Below are positions 38,342-48,633 of a stretch of 64,000 nucleotides of DNA, one piece after another. The stretch lies in the NCBI GenBank assembly GCA_963674965.2, contig CAXXFL010000007.1:384001-448000 (forward strand). Reading direction: 5' to 3'. The position numbers and the translations under genes are program-made. The stretch comes from a bacterium (lineage in GTDB: Bacteria > RBG-13-61-14 > DATKZS01). The first letter of the stretch is position 1. The number at the start of each line of letters is the position of its first letter. The notes under the pieces are model-generated. The model saw only the letters and a list, made by a program, of their open reading frames with translations, did no database searches and had not been told where the DNA came from.

Positions 38342-39475
38342 TCAGTCGCCCAGGGCCTTCATAAGGGCCGCGCATCCGACTCCCGACTCGAACTTTTGTC
38401 CCACCCGGGCCAGGGTCTTCTCGAGCGCTCCCACCGTGACTAATAGGTCCCATTGGCTTACGTGGCCCATGTGGGAAATCCGGAAAATCTTGCCCTTGGC
38501 CTGGGCCTGGCCGCCCGCTATGGTCACGCCGTAGTCCTCCCGCATGATCTTCACTATCTTCTGGGCGTCTATCCCCTCGGGGGCCAGCACCGCCGTCAAC
38601 GCGTTGGAGGGAGCAGACGGCGCGTAGAGCTTAAGCCCGAGGGCCTCCATGGCGCTTCTGGTGGCCGCGGCCATGCGAGCGCTTTCGGCGTAAATGTTCT
38701 TAAAGCCAATTTCACGCATTCTGCCCAGGACCTCCCTGAGCCCGATAACCAGGGTAATGGGCGAGGTAAAGGCGCTCGAGTTCTCGGAGATTTTCTTGTA
38801 CTCCTTTCTGAAGTCGAAGTAGAACTTGGGAAGGTCCGACTCGTCCATGGCCTTCATGGCCTTCTCCGAGATGGCGGCCAGCGCGATCCCCGGCGGCAGC
38901 ATGAGCGCCTTCTGGCTGCCCGTGAGAAGTATGTCTATGCCCCACTCGTCAAAGGGAATATCGTATACTCCCAGGGCGGTGATGGCGTCCACGATGAGCA
39001 GGGTGTCCGTGCCCTTGGTGAGCTTGGCCAACTCCTCGATGGGATGGACCACGCCGGTGCTGGTCTCGGTGTACTGGACGAGCACGGCCCGGGCCGGCTT
39101 CTCGTCCATGGCCTTTTTCACGGCCGCCGCCTCAACGGCCTGGCCCCAGGTTACGTCGACCGGGACGGCCTCGACCCCGTAGGCCGCCGCTATCTCGCCC
39201 CACCTCTCCCCGAACTTGCCGCCGTTAACGTAAATCACGCGGTCGCTCTTGCGGCACACGTTAACCACCGAGCCCTCCATGGCCCCGGTGCCGGAACTGG
39301 CGATGATGATGGTTTCCCTTTTGGTGTTGAAAAGCTCTTTAAGACCCTCCCGCACCTCCGCCAGTATCCCCATGTACTCGGGATGGCGGTGGTGAATGAT
39401 GGGCATGGCCATGGCCATCAAGGTGCTCTCCGCCACGGGCGTAGGGCCCGGGGTCATCAGGTATTTCTTCTTCAT
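38342..39475 (-). CDS. Class-V PLP aminotransferase (alanine-glyoxylate family; likely the phosphoserine aminotransferase partner of serA)
   Basis: LMTPGPT, HHRHPE, SSGTGAMEG, ETSTGV, VDAIT, GSQKALMLPPG, FRISHMG. Confidence 0.9.
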   Translation of the reverse strand: MKKKYLMTPGPTPVAESTLMAMAMPIIHHRHPEYMGILAEVREGLKELFNTKRETIIIASSGTGAMEGSVVNVCRKSDRVIYVNGGKFGERWGEIAAAYGVEAVPVDVTWGQAVEAAAVKKAMDEKPARAVLVQYTETSTGVVHPIEELAKLTKGTDTLLIVDAITALGVYDIPFDEWGIDILLTGSQKALMLPPGIALAAISEKAMKAMDESDLPKFYFDFRKEYKKISENSSAFTSPITLVIGLREVLGRMREIGFKNIYAESARMAAATRSAMEALGLKLYAPSAPSNALTAVLAPEGIDAQKIVKIMREDYGVTIAGGQAQAKGKIFRISHMGHVSQWDLLVTVGALEKTLARVGQKFESGVGCAALMKALGD

Positions 39476-39504
39476 GACGCGCTCCTTTTTCGGTCAAAGG
39501 CTAA

Positions 39505-40782
39505 CTACGCCTTTTTCGTCTTTTTCTTTCTCGCCGTTTTTTTCACGGCCTTTCCCTTGCCGACGACTTTTGTCGAGCCGGAAAGGCGGGCGGCCCGGGT
39601 CTTGAGCCGAAGCCCCTGCAGCCGGATAAAGCCGGTGGCGTCGGCCTGGTTGTACCCTCCCTCCTGGTCGAAGCTGACCAGGGCCTCGTCGTAGAGGCTG
39701 TAGGGCGACCTTCTGCCCGTGACCATACAGTTACCCTTGTACAGCTTGAGGCGGGCCGTGCCCGTCACCCGCTCCTGGGTCTTGTCCACCAGGGCCTGAA
39801 GGGCCTCCATCTCCGGAGAGTACCAGAAGCCGTTGTACACCAGCCTGGCGTACTGGGGCATGAGCGAGTCCTTTAAGAACATGGCCTCACGGTCAAGCGC
39901 GACCGACTCGACCGCCCGGTGGGCCGCGAGAAGGGCCGTCACTCCCGGCGTCTCGTACACGCCCCGGCTCTTCATGCCCACGAACCGGTTCTCGACCATG
40001 TCCACCCGACCGACCCCGTGCTTTCCGGCGATCTTGTTCAGGGCGCCGAGCAGCCGGGCCGGGCTCATCTTCTTGCCGTCCACCGCCGTCGGGTTGCCCG
40101 ACTCGAAGTCGATGAGTATGGTCTGGGCCTTGTTCGGCGCCTTCTCCGGCGAGACGGTCATCTCGAACATGTCCTCCTTGTAGGCGTTCCACGGGTCCTC
40201 GAGCACGCCGCCCTCGTAGCTCACGTGCATGAGGTTCGCGTCCGAGCTGTAGGGCTTGGCCGCGGTCACGGGCACGGGAATGCCCCTCGACTTGGCGTAT
40301 TTAACCATCTGAGGCCGCGAGGTAAAGGTCCATCTCGAGTCACGCCAGGGCGCGATCACTTTTATCCAGGGCGTAAGGGCCGCCGCCGTCAGCTCGAACC
40401 TAACCTGGTCGTTGCCCTTGCCCGTGGCCCCGTGCGAGATATAGCCCGCGCCCTCCTTCTGGGCCGCCTCGACCAGCTTCTTGGCGATGATGGGACGGGC
40501 CAAAGAAGTGCCCATTAAATAGACGTCCTCGTACCGGGCGTTGGCCCGGAGCGCCGGGAAAACGAAGTCCCTTACGAACTCCTCCCTGGCGTCCACCACC
40601 AGGGACTTGATCGCCCCGGTCTTCCGCGCCTTGGCCTTGACCTTGGCCATGTCGTCGCCCTGACCCAGGTCCACGCACAAGGCTATCACCTCGAGCCCGT
40701 ACTCCTCGATCAGCCAGCGAAGTATCACGGAAGTGTCAAGCCCTCCCGAGTAAGCCAGCACTACTTTCTCTTTCTTAGACAT
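39505..40782 (-). CDS. argG: Argininosuccinate synthase with basic C-terminal tail
   Basis: [49 protein letters not shown]. Confidence 0.98.
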   Translation of the reverse strand: MSKKEKVVLAYSGGLDTSVILRWLIEEYGLEVIALCVDLGQGDDMAKVKAKARKTGAIKSLVVDAREEFVRDFVFPALRANARYEDVYLMGTSLARPIIAKKLVEAAQKEGAGYISHGATGKGNDQVRFELTAAALTPWIKVIAPWRDSRWTFTSRPQMVKYAKSRGIPVPVTAAKPYSSDANLMHVSYEGGVLEDPWNAYKEDMFEMTVSPEKAPNKAQTILIDFESGNPTAVDGKKMSPARLLGALNKIAGKHGVGRVDMVENRFVGMKSRGVYETPGVTALLAAHRAVESVALDREAMFLKDSLMPQYARLVYNGFWYSPEMEALQALVDKTQERVTGTARLKLYKGNCMVTGRRSPYSLYDEALVSFDQEGGYNQADATGFIRLQGLRLKTRAARLSGSTKVVGKGKAVKKTARKKKTKKA

Positions 40783-40933
40783 GACGTTCCCTCCATCCAA
40801 ATCGTTTATTTTATGACAGGCGCCCCCACTAAGCAAGCCTCGATCGAGGCTTTAAAAGGAAAGGTTTTTGCGTTTTCAGTAATAGGGGCTAATGACGCGG
40901 CGGGATACCCCGCGCCCGTTACGCCTCCACTCT

Positions 40934-41262
40934 TAGGGTCCCCCATGCATTTTGAGCGGGATGGCCCGGACAGCTACGATCCGGGCGCCGAAGGCGCGGG
41001 AAAGGGGGCCGGTGGCCCGGATAGCTTTTGCTATCTGGGCGCCGAAGGCGCGGGAAAGGGGGCTATGGTCCGCCGGGCGCTTACATAAGAATCCAACGGC
41101 TTTCGCCGCGCGGATAGGCGAGCTATCCGCGCCACCCACGGTTTCAGGCTTTCAGGGTCCCCCTCAGCCGTAGGGTCCCCCACGCATATTGCGTGGGCGG
41201 CGAAGCCGCGGGCTGAACGCTTACCCTTCCAAAGGACTTACTCTTTCCCCCCCCTTGCCCCG
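40934..41262. repeat. Composite REP/BIME-like array, copy 1
   Basis: Units GTGGCCCGGATAGC..GCTATCTGGGCGCCGAAGGCGCGGGAAAG (two), inverted CGCGGATAG..CTATCCGCGCCACC, and GTAGGGTCCCCCACGCATATTGCGTGGG. Near-identical to 56053-56284. Confidence 0.85.
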
Positions 41263-44200
41263 TCAATACCCTTCTATCGTCACCGCCGGCGCTTTATCGA
41301 TTTGTGGGCAATACCTACCCTTGCCCGACTGGTCGCCGCAGGACGGGATAGTCGCGTTTAGGTAGATTGTGCCGGGGGAATCGACCCGGACGACGATGGA
41401 CGAGAGGCCGCCCGAGTCCATGGCCCCGGACACGTCGTAACGCCCCGTCCCGCTCGGGCCCTCGCCGCCGAGGAGGGTGGCCGCGCCGGTCGAGCTCGGG
41501 TCGATCTCGAAGACCACCCCGAAGGAGGACGAGTAACCGATGGCCGAGGAGTTGATAACGCTCACGGTCACCCGCGTGGTCGCGCCCTCGGCCACGCTCC
41601 GAGAAGTGGCGCCGTCCACCACCAGGTCGGTGGGGATGGTGGGGTTCGAGGCCGTGTCGTTTCCGCTGATTATGGCCTGTATCACGGAGAGGTCCAGGGG
41701 CGAGACTCCCGCCGGGTCGCCCATCATGCGCTGGCTGTCGCCGTTGGGCGGAAGCACTCCCAAGTAGGACACGTCATTGCCGATGATCCTGTTCTTCAGG
41801 GCCGTCATGTCCAGCGGAGACACCAGCCCGTCGGCCGACACGGTATTCCCCGCGTCGCCCCAGCTAAAACACGACGCCCCGCCGGTCAGGTCCACCTCCC
41901 AGATATCCGTCCCATTATAGTACTCGTGCGCGTTCTCGATCCCGTCCCCATCAAAGTCCGCTCCCAACCCGTCGCCCGCCGACAGCGGGTCCAGCCCCGT
42001 ATCCCCATGCCCCACCGAGTTGTCAGCCTCGAACCCGTCCGGCAAACCGTCCCCGTCCGAGTCCCAATTGCATGGGTCGGTAGTAACCACGTACTCATCG
42101 TAATTGTCCAGCCCGTCCCCGTCCCCGTCCACCGCGTCGTCCACCGTGTCGGCCATCACGCATGAGAAGGTTAATTCCCACGCGTCAGGCATTCCGTCGC
42201 CGTCGCCGTCCCCGCTATCGCCCATGTAGCCGACATAGATGATCTGAAGGCCTGAACCATCGTCCGCCACGTAAGCGTAGCCGTCCTGGTAATAAACGCC
42301 CCAAGAGTTACCGGGCGTGTCATAGGAACCTACCCATAACGGGTTGGCTGGGTTGTGGACATTTATAATCTGGAGGCCCGCCGTGCCGTCCGCCACGAAG
42401 GCCAAGTCGTCCAGGACGTGAACATCGTTTGAAGATCCCTCCGTGTCGTAGGAACCGACAAGGATAGGGACAGCCGGGTTTGAGACGTCGATGATCTGAA
42501 GCCCCGAGTCCTGGTCCGCCACGTAGGCGTAATTGCCCAGGACGTAAAGGCCGCGTGAAAAATCCGGGGTGTCGTACGCGCCGGCCAGGGACGGGCTGGC
42601 CGGGTTTCCCAAGTCGATGATCTGAAGCCCCGCTTCCCCGTCGGCCACATAGGCGTAGTTGCCGACGACGTTGACGTCGCAGGCTACCCCCAGCGTGTCG
42701 TACGTCCCCACGAGACTCGGGGCCGCCGCGTTTGTCACGTCGATGACGTGAAGACCGCTGGTATGGTCCGCCACGTAGGCGTAATTTCCCGCGAAGGAAA
42801 CTCCAATGGCCCTATCAGTGTCGTATGTCCCGGTTAACGAGGGACTGGAAGGGGACGTGACGTCAATTATCCGAAGGCCTGAAATTCCGCTTGCGACGTA
42901 GGCGTACTGGCCGGATAAAAAGACGTCAACGGCTCGAGTCGATTCGTATTGGCCCGCCAGGGTCGGGCTTGAAGGATTTGAGACATTAAAAATTTGCAGG
43001 CCGTCTCCATCATCTGCAACGTATGCGTAGTCGCCGGAGACAAAGACGCGCCAAGAGTAATCCACCGTGTCGTATGAGCCCACCAGTTCCGGCTCGATAA
43101 ACGCAAACTCGAAATCGTCTCCTGGCGAGGAGCACTCGGGGTCGTCGGGGTAGTCGGTATGGCCGTCGCTATCGTCGTCAAGTCCGTTGTCGCACGCGGT
43201 CGTTCCTAATTCGTCGTCGTCCGACAGGTCGTCACAGCCCGGATCGAGAATGTCTATAAAGGTGTCTCCGTCGTTATCCACGCCGTCGCTGCAGGCGGTG
43301 CTCGAGCAGGGGTCGCCGTTATTATGGTATTCCTCGAGGTTGGAAAAGGCGTCGCCGTCGGGATTGGCCGCGTCGTCCACCGTGTTCGGCATCATGCAGG
43401 AATAGGTATTCTCCCACGCGTCGATCATGCCGTCGCCGTCGGAGTCGGCCTCGTCGAAAAGGATGACTTGAAGCCCGGCCCCCCCGTCCGCCACGAAGGA
43501 ATAGCCTTGGTTAACGAAAACTCCATAGGCGTTTCCCGGCGTGTCATAGGAGCCGGCCAGGACCGGGGCTACCGGATTGACCGCGTTGACAATCAGGAGG
43601 CCGGAGGCGTCGTCCGCCACGTGGACCAGGTTTCCCGAGACGAAAACGTCGTAAGCCGAGCCGGGGGTGTCGAAGGTCGCCGCCAGGGTCGGGCTGGCGG
43701 GATCGGTCACGTCGATTACCTGGAGGCCCGAGTCGCGGTCGGCCACGTAGGCGTAGGGGCCCGAGACCTGGACGGCGCGGGCGTAACCCGAGGTGTTATA
43801 CGCTCCCGCCAGAGTGGGGGCATAGGGATTGGCCACGTTTATAATCTGGAGTCCGTTCTCGCCGTCGGCCACGTAGGCGTAGTCGCCCGAGACGAAAACT
43901 CCGTCGGCCACGCCCGGTGTGTTATACGCGCCGATGAGGACCGGGCTTGCCGGACTGGACGCGTCGAATATCTTTAGGCCCGAGGTATGATCGGCCACGT
44001 AGGCGTAGCCGCCCGCGACGTGGACCCCGATGGCCTTGTAGGTGTCGTAGGACCCGGCCAATATGGGCGCCTCGGGGATCGAGATATCGATGATCCGCAG
44101 GCCGTATGAGTCGTCGGCCACGTAGGCGTAATCGCCCGAGACGCTGACCTCGATGGCCCGGCTGGTCAGGTAAGACCCCGCCAGATACGGGGCGGCGGGG

Positions 44201-47200
44201 TTGGACAGGTCGACAATCTGGAGGCCGGAGTAATTATCCGCCACGTAGGCGTATCCGCCCGAGACGAAAACGTCCCAGGCCAGGTCCGGCGTGTCGTAGG
44301 CGCCCGTCAGCTCGAGGGCGAGTTGGTACTGCTCGCCCGAGTCGCCGGGGCCGGCGCAGTTGGGATCGTCGGGATAGTCGATCAGGCCGTCAAAGTCGTC
44401 GTCTATGCCGTTGTCGCAGATGACGTTGCATAGTTCACTTTCGTCGGCATAGCCGGCGCACCCCGGATCCAGGAGGTCGGCATAGGTATCCCCGTCGTTG
44501 TCCAAGCCGTCGCTGCAAGCCGTTGTGGAGCAAGGGTCCAGGTCATTTAGATACTCCTCGAGGTTGGTCAAGGCGTCGCCGTCGGGATTGGCCGCGTCAT
44601 CCACCGTGTCGGCCATCATGCATGAATGCGAATTCTCCCAGATATCGGGCATGCCGTCCAGATCATAATCATCGTCAACGGGATCGAATGGATCGCGACC
44701 GTTTACTATCTCGCTCCCCTCGCTCTCTCCCCCGCCGTCGGTGTCCGGGTCGCAAGGATCGAGCCCGATCGTGTACTCGTCCAGGCAGCTAAGACCGTCA
44801 AGGTCGTAATCGGCCGCGTCGTCCACCGTGTCGGCCATAACGCAATCATAAGAATTCTCCCAGATATCGGGCATGCCGTCCAGATCGAAATCATCGTCAA
44901 CGGGATCGAATGGATCGCGACCGTTTGCGATCTCGCTCCCGTCGTTCTCCCCCCCGCCGTCCGTGTCCGGGTCGCAAGGATCGAGGCCGATCGTGTATTC
45001 GTCCAGGCAGCCAAGACCGTCAAGGTCGTAATCGGCCCCGGCGTCCACCGTGTCGGCCATAACGCAATCATAAGAATTCTCCCAGATATCGGGCATGCCG
45101 TCCGAATCATTATCATCGTCAACCGGGTCGAATGGATCGCGACCGTTTGCGATCTCGCTCCCGTCATCCTCTCCCCCGCCGTCGGTGTCCGGGTCGCAAG
45201 GATCGAGGCCGATCGTGTACTCGTCCAGGCAGCTAAGACCGTCAAGGTCGTAATCGGCCCCGGCGTCCACCGTGTCGGCCATAACGCAATTATAAGAATT
45301 CTCCCAGATATCGGGCATGCCGTCCAGATCGAAATCATCGTCAACGGGATCGAATGGATCGCGACCGTTTGCGATCTCGTTCCCGTCGTTCTCTCCCCCG
45401 CCGTCCGTGTCCGGGTCGCAAGGATCGAGCCCGATCATGTACTCGTCGAGGCAACTAAGACCGTCGAGATCGTAATCGGCCCCGGCGTCCACCGTGTCGG
45501 CCATCATACATGTATAGGAGTTCTCCCATATGTCTATCATTCCATCTTCATCGCCGTCAGCGTCGTCAATTTGAATTATTTGAAGACCTAAGCTACCGTC
45601 GGCCACGTATGCGTATCGGTTATCATAGTAAACTCCTAAAGCGTTTCCCCCAGTATCGTATGAACCTTTTAAAATGGGGCTGGTCGGATTGGAGACGTCA
45701 ATGATTTGAAGACCCGAGGAGTCATCCGCTACCAAGGCGTAAATTGAAAAAACGTGGACGTCGTAGGATAGGCCGGGAGTGTCGTAGAATCCGACGAGGG
45801 TGGGGCTCGAGGGCGTCGAGACGTCGATGATCTGGAGGCCGGAGCCTCGGTCGGCCACGTAGGCGTAATTTCCCGAGACGAAAATGCCGCGAGAATAATC
45901 AGGAGTGTCATACGTACCTATCAGGGTCGGGGACGCGGGATTGGACACGTTTATTATTTGGAGGCCAGACTCCCCGTCGGCCAAGTAGGCGTAGTTGCCA
46001 ATTACATAGACCGCGCAGGCGATGCCGGTTGTATCATATGTCCCCACAAGACTCGGGCTGGTGGGATTCTCGACGTTAATTATTTGAAGACCTGAGGCGT
46101 GGTCCGTGATATATGCGTAATCACCCGAGACGTAAAGGCCGATGGCGTAATATGTATCATACCTGCCGGTCAATGATGGAGAGGATGGATTTGAGATATC
46201 TATTATCCGGAGGCCGGAACTACTGTCCGCCACGTAAGCGTAATTACCCGAGACGTGGACATCCAAGGCGCTATATGTATCGTAGGTGGAGACCAGGGAA
46301 GGGTTCACTGGATTTGAAATATTTAAAATATGGAGACCGAGGCTTGCGCCCGCCACGTAGGCGTAGCCGCCGGAAACGACCACGTCCCAGGCCCAGGCCG
46401 TTCCCGGCGTGTCGTACGATCCCACCAGGGCGGGATTCAGTAAAAGCTCACTCGAGTCCGAGGGGGAGGAACATCCAGGATCATCAGGATAATCGGCCAA
46501 GCCGTCGCCGTCGTCGTCAAGGCCGTTGTCGCAGACGTCGAGCCCTCTTTCGTCGGCGTCGGAATAGCCGTCGCAACCGGGATCGTCGAGATCGATTAAC
46601 CCATCGCCGTCGCTATCCAAACCGTCACTGCACGCGGTGGTCGAGCAGGGGTCCAGGCCGTAAACGTATTCATTGATGTTGGTCAAGGCGTCGCCGTCGG
46701 GATTGCCCTGGTCGTCCACCGTGTCGGCCATGACGCAGGAATAGGTATTTTCCCAGCCCGCCGGCATTCCGTCTCCATCTTGATCGTCATCATAGGGGTC
46801 CAATGGGTCCCGTTCCGCGAGGGTCTCGCTTCCGTCGTTTTCTCCACCGTCGTCCGTGTCTGGGTCGCAAGGATCAAGGCCCGCGTAATATTCCTCGAGG
46901 TTATCCAGTCCGTCGGCGTCGTAATCCGCCTCGTGGTCCGCGACGTCGGCCATCATGCAGGCATAGGTATTTTCCCATCCCGCCGGTATTCCGTCTCCAT
47001 CTTGATCGTCATCATAGGGGTCCAATGGGTTCCGTTCCGCGGAGGTCTCGCTGCCGTCGTTTTCTCCTCCGCCGTCGGTGTCGGGGTCGCAGGGATCAAG
47101 GCCCGCGAAATATTCCTCGAGGTTATCCAGTCCGTCGGCGTCGTAATCCGCCGCGTCGTCCACCGTGCTCGCCATCATGCAGGAATAGGTATTCTCCCAC

Positions 47201-48633
47201 GCGTCGATCATCCCGTCTCCATCTTGATCGTCATCATAGGGGTCCAATGGGTCCCGTTCCGCGAGGATCTCGCTTCCGTCGTTCTCTCCCCCGCCGTCGG
47301 TGTCGGGGTCGCAGGGATCAAGGCCCGCGAAATATTCCTCGAGGTTATCCAGTCCGTCGGCGTCGTAATCCGCCGCGTCGTCCACCGTGCTCGCCATCAT
47401 GCAGGAATAGGTATTCTCCCACGCGTCGATCATCCCGTCTCCATCTTGATCGTCATCATAGGGGTCCAATGGGTCCCGTTCCGCGAGGGTCTCGCTTCCG
47501 TCGTTCTCTCCCCCGCCGTCGGTGTCGGGGTCGCAGGGATCAAGGCCCGCGAAATATTCCTCGAGGTTATCCAGTCCGTCGGCGTCGTAATCGGCCGCGT
47601 CGTCCACCGTGCTCGCCATCATGCAGGAATAGGTATTCTCCCACGCGTCGATCATCCCGTCTCCATCGCTATCCGTTCCATCGAAAAGGATTACCTGAAG
47701 GCCGGAACCAGAGTCCGCCAAATAAGCGTAACCGTCAAGGTAATAGACACCCAAAGCGTATCCGGGCGTGTCGTATAAGCTAAACAACGTCGGGTTTGAT
47801 GGGCTTGAAATCTGGATGATCTGAAGGCCCGAACCATAATCCGCCACGTAGGCGAAGTCACCGAAGACGTGGACGTCATAGGATGAGCCGGTCGTATCAT
47901 AAAAGCCAACTAGAGCGGGACTGGCAGGGCTGGAGACGTCGATGATCTGGAGGCCGGAGCCTTGGTCGGCCACGTAGGCGTAATTACCCGAGACGAAAAT
48001 GCCGCGAGAATAATCAGGAGTGTCATACGTACCTATCAGGGTCGGGGACGCGGGATTGGACACGTATAATATTTGGAGGCCAGACTCCCCGTCGGCCACG
48101 TAGGCGTAGTTGCCAATTACATGGACCGCGCAAGCTGTGCCGGTTGTGTTGTAGGTTCCCACAAGACTCGGGCTGGTGGGATTGGTAACGTTGAAAATTT
48201 TAAGGCCCGAGGTATGGTCAGCTATATATACGTAATCACCCGAGACGTAAAGGCCGATGGCTTTAGATGTACTATACGTGCCGGTTAATGAAGGAGAGCC
48301 TGGATTTGAGATATCTATTATCCGGAGGCCGGAAGTGCTGTCCGCCACGTAAGCGTAATTACCCGAGACGTAGACGTCCAAGGCGCGATATGTATCGTAG
48401 GTTGCCACCAAGGCAGGATTCGCCGGATTTGAAATGTCTATGACGTGGAGACCGGCGCCGTCGTCCGCCACGTAGGCGTAGTCGCCCGCGACGAACACGT
48501 CCCAAGCCTCGTCCGGCGTGTCGTACGATCCCACCAGGGCGGGGTTACCTTGCGCCCTGGCCGGAGCGGCGATCGAAAGAACGGCGGCCATAACCGCGAC
48601 GAACAAAACGGTCGGTCTGACTTGGCTTTTCAT
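41263..48633 (-). CDS. Giant secreted LVIVD-repeat protein with Asp/Cys-rich Ca-binding-type repeats and dockerin-like C-terminus
   Basis: Signal peptide (MKSQVR...PARA). Four blocks of YAYVAD..SGLQIIDVSNP.SP.LVG.YDT repeats separated by DxDGDGMxDxWE..C repeats and CxDGLDNDGD..ID..DPGC repeats. C-terminal double SPLD motif. Confidence 0.92.
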   Translation of the reverse strand: MKSQVRPTVLFVAVMAAVLSIAAPARAQGNPALVGSYDTPDEAWDVFVAGDYAYVADDGAGLHVIDISNPANPALVATYDTYRALDVYVSGNYAYVADSTSGLRIIDISNPGSPSLTGTYSTSKAIGLYVSGDYVYIADHTSGLKIFNVTNPTSPSLVGTYNTTGTACAVHVIGNYAYVADGESGLQILYVSNPASPTLIGTYDTPDYSRGIFVSGNYAYVADQGSGLQIIDVSSPASPALVGFYDTTGSSYDVHVFGDFAYVADYGSGLQIIQISSPSNPTLFSLYDTPGYALGVYYLDGYAYLADSGSGLQVILFDGTDSDGDGMIDAWENTYSCMMASTVDDAADYDADGLDNLEEYFAGLDPCDPDTDGGGENDGSETLAERDPLDPYDDDQDGDGMIDAWENTYSCMMASTVDDAADYDADGLDNLEEYFAGLDPCDPDTDGGGENDGSEILAERDPLDPYDDDQDGDGMIDAWENTYSCMMASTVDDAADYDADGLDNLEEYFAGLDPCDPDTDGGGENDGSETSAERNPLDPYDDDQDGDGIPAGWENTYACMMADVADHEADYDADGLDNLEEYYAGLDPCDPDTDDGGENDGSETLAERDPLDPYDDDQDGDGMPAGWENTYSCVMADTVDDQGNPDGDALTNINEYVYGLDPCSTTACSDGLDSDGDGLIDLDDPGCDGYSDADERGLDVCDNGLDDDGDGLADYPDDPGCSSPSDSSELLLNPALVGSYDTPGTAWAWDVVVSGGYAYVAGASLGLHILNISNPVNPSLVSTYDTYSALDVHVSGNYAYVADSSSGLRIIDISNPSSPSLTGRYDTYYAIGLYVSGDYAYITDHASGLQIINVENPTSPSLVGTYDTTGIACAVYVIGNYAYLADGESGLQIINVSNPASPTLIGTYDTPDYSRGIFVSGNYAYVADRGSGLQIIDVSTPSSPTLVGFYDTPGLSYDVHVFSIYALVADDSSGLQIIDVSNPTSPILKGSYDTGGNALGVYYDNRYAYVADGSLGLQIIQIDDADGDEDGMIDIWENSYTCMMADTVDAGADYDLDGLSCLDEYMIGLDPCDPDTDGGGENDGNEIANGRDPFDPVDDDFDLDGMPDIWENSYNCVMADTVDAGADYDLDGLSCLDEYTIGLDPCDPDTDGGGEDDGSEIANGRDPFDPVDDDNDSDGMPDIWENSYDCVMADTVDAGADYDLDGLGCLDEYTIGLDPCDPDTDGGGENDGSEIANGRDPFDPVDDDFDLDGMPDIWENSYDCVMADTVDDAADYDLDGLSCLDEYTIGLDPCDPDTDGGGESEGSEIVNGRDPFDPVDDDYDLDGMPDIWENSHSCMMADTVDDAANPDGDALTNLEEYLNDLDPCSTTACSDGLDNDGDTYADLLDPGCAGYADESELCNVICDNGIDDDFDGLIDYPDDPNCAGPGDSGEQYQLALELTGAYDTPDLAWDVFVSGGYAYVADNYSGLQIVDLSNPAAPYLAGSYLTSRAIEVSVSGDYAYVADDSYGLRIIDISIPEAPILAGSYDTYKAIGVHVAGGYAYVADHTSGLKIFDASSPASPVLIGAYNTPGVADGVFVSGDYAYVADGENGLQIINVANPYAPTLAGAYNTSGYARAVQVSGPYAYVADRDSGLQVIDVTDPASPTLAATFDTPGSAYDVFVSGNLVHVADDASGLLIVNAVNPVAPVLAGSYDTPGNAYGVFVNQGYSFVADGGAGLQVILFDEADSDGDGMIDAWENTYSCMMPNTVDDAANPDGDAFSNLEEYHNNGDPCSSTACSDGVDNDGDTFIDILDPGCDDLSDDDELGTTACDNGLDDDSDGHTDYPDDPECSSPGDDFEFAFIEPELVGSYDTVDYSWRVFVSGDYAYVADDGDGLQIFNVSNPSSPTLAGQYESTRAVDVFLSGQYAYVASGISGLRIIDVTSPSSPSLTGTYDTDRAIGVSFAGNYAYVADHTSGLHVIDVTNAAAPSLVGTYDTLGVACDVNVVGNYAYVADGEAGLQIIDLGNPASPSLAGAYDTPDFSRGLYVLGNYAYVADQDSGLQIIDVSNPAVPILVGSYDTEGSSNDVHVLDDLAFVADGTAGLQIINVHNPANPLWVGSYDTPGNSWGVYYQDGYAYVADDGSGLQIIYVGYMGDSGDGDGDGMPDAWELTFSCVMADTVDDAVDGDGDGLDNYDEYVVTTDPCNWDSDGDGLPDGFEADNSVGHGDTGLDPLSAGDGLGADFDGDGIENAHEYYNGTDIWEVDLTGGASCFSWGDAGNTVSADGLVSPLDMTALKNRIIGNDVSYLGVLPPNGDSQRMMGDPAGVSPLDLSVIQAIISGNDTASNPTIPTDLVVDGATSRSVAEGATTRVTVSVINSSAIGYSSSFGVVFEIDPSSTGAATLLGGEGPSGTGRYDVSGAMDSGGLSSIVVRVDSPGTIYLNATIPSCGDQSGKGRYCPQIDKAPAVTIEGY
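44630..45540 (-). repeat. Intragenic tandem array of about four 222-bp (74-aa) units
   Basis: GAATTCTCCCAGATATCGGGCATGCCGTCC recurs at 44630, 44852, 45074 and 45296, with a degenerate copy at 45518. Confidence 0.92.
46770..47665 (-). repeat. Intragenic tandem array of four 222-bp (74-aa) units
   Basis: ATCTTGATCGTCATCATAGGGGTCCAATGGG recurs at 46777, 46999, 47221 and 47443. Confidence 0.92.

Noticed and set aside
40933-41173. Small ORFs repeated at both REP loci (MGGADSSPIRAAKAVG...)
   Set aside because: They are translations of repeat DNA and diverge where the repeat arrangement differs.
40934-41262. Possible CRISPR array in the repeated hairpin regions (also 55845-56284)
   Set aside because: Units are irregularly spaced and partly inverted, the intervening sequences are themselves repeated, and there are no cas genes. 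This fits REP/BIME.
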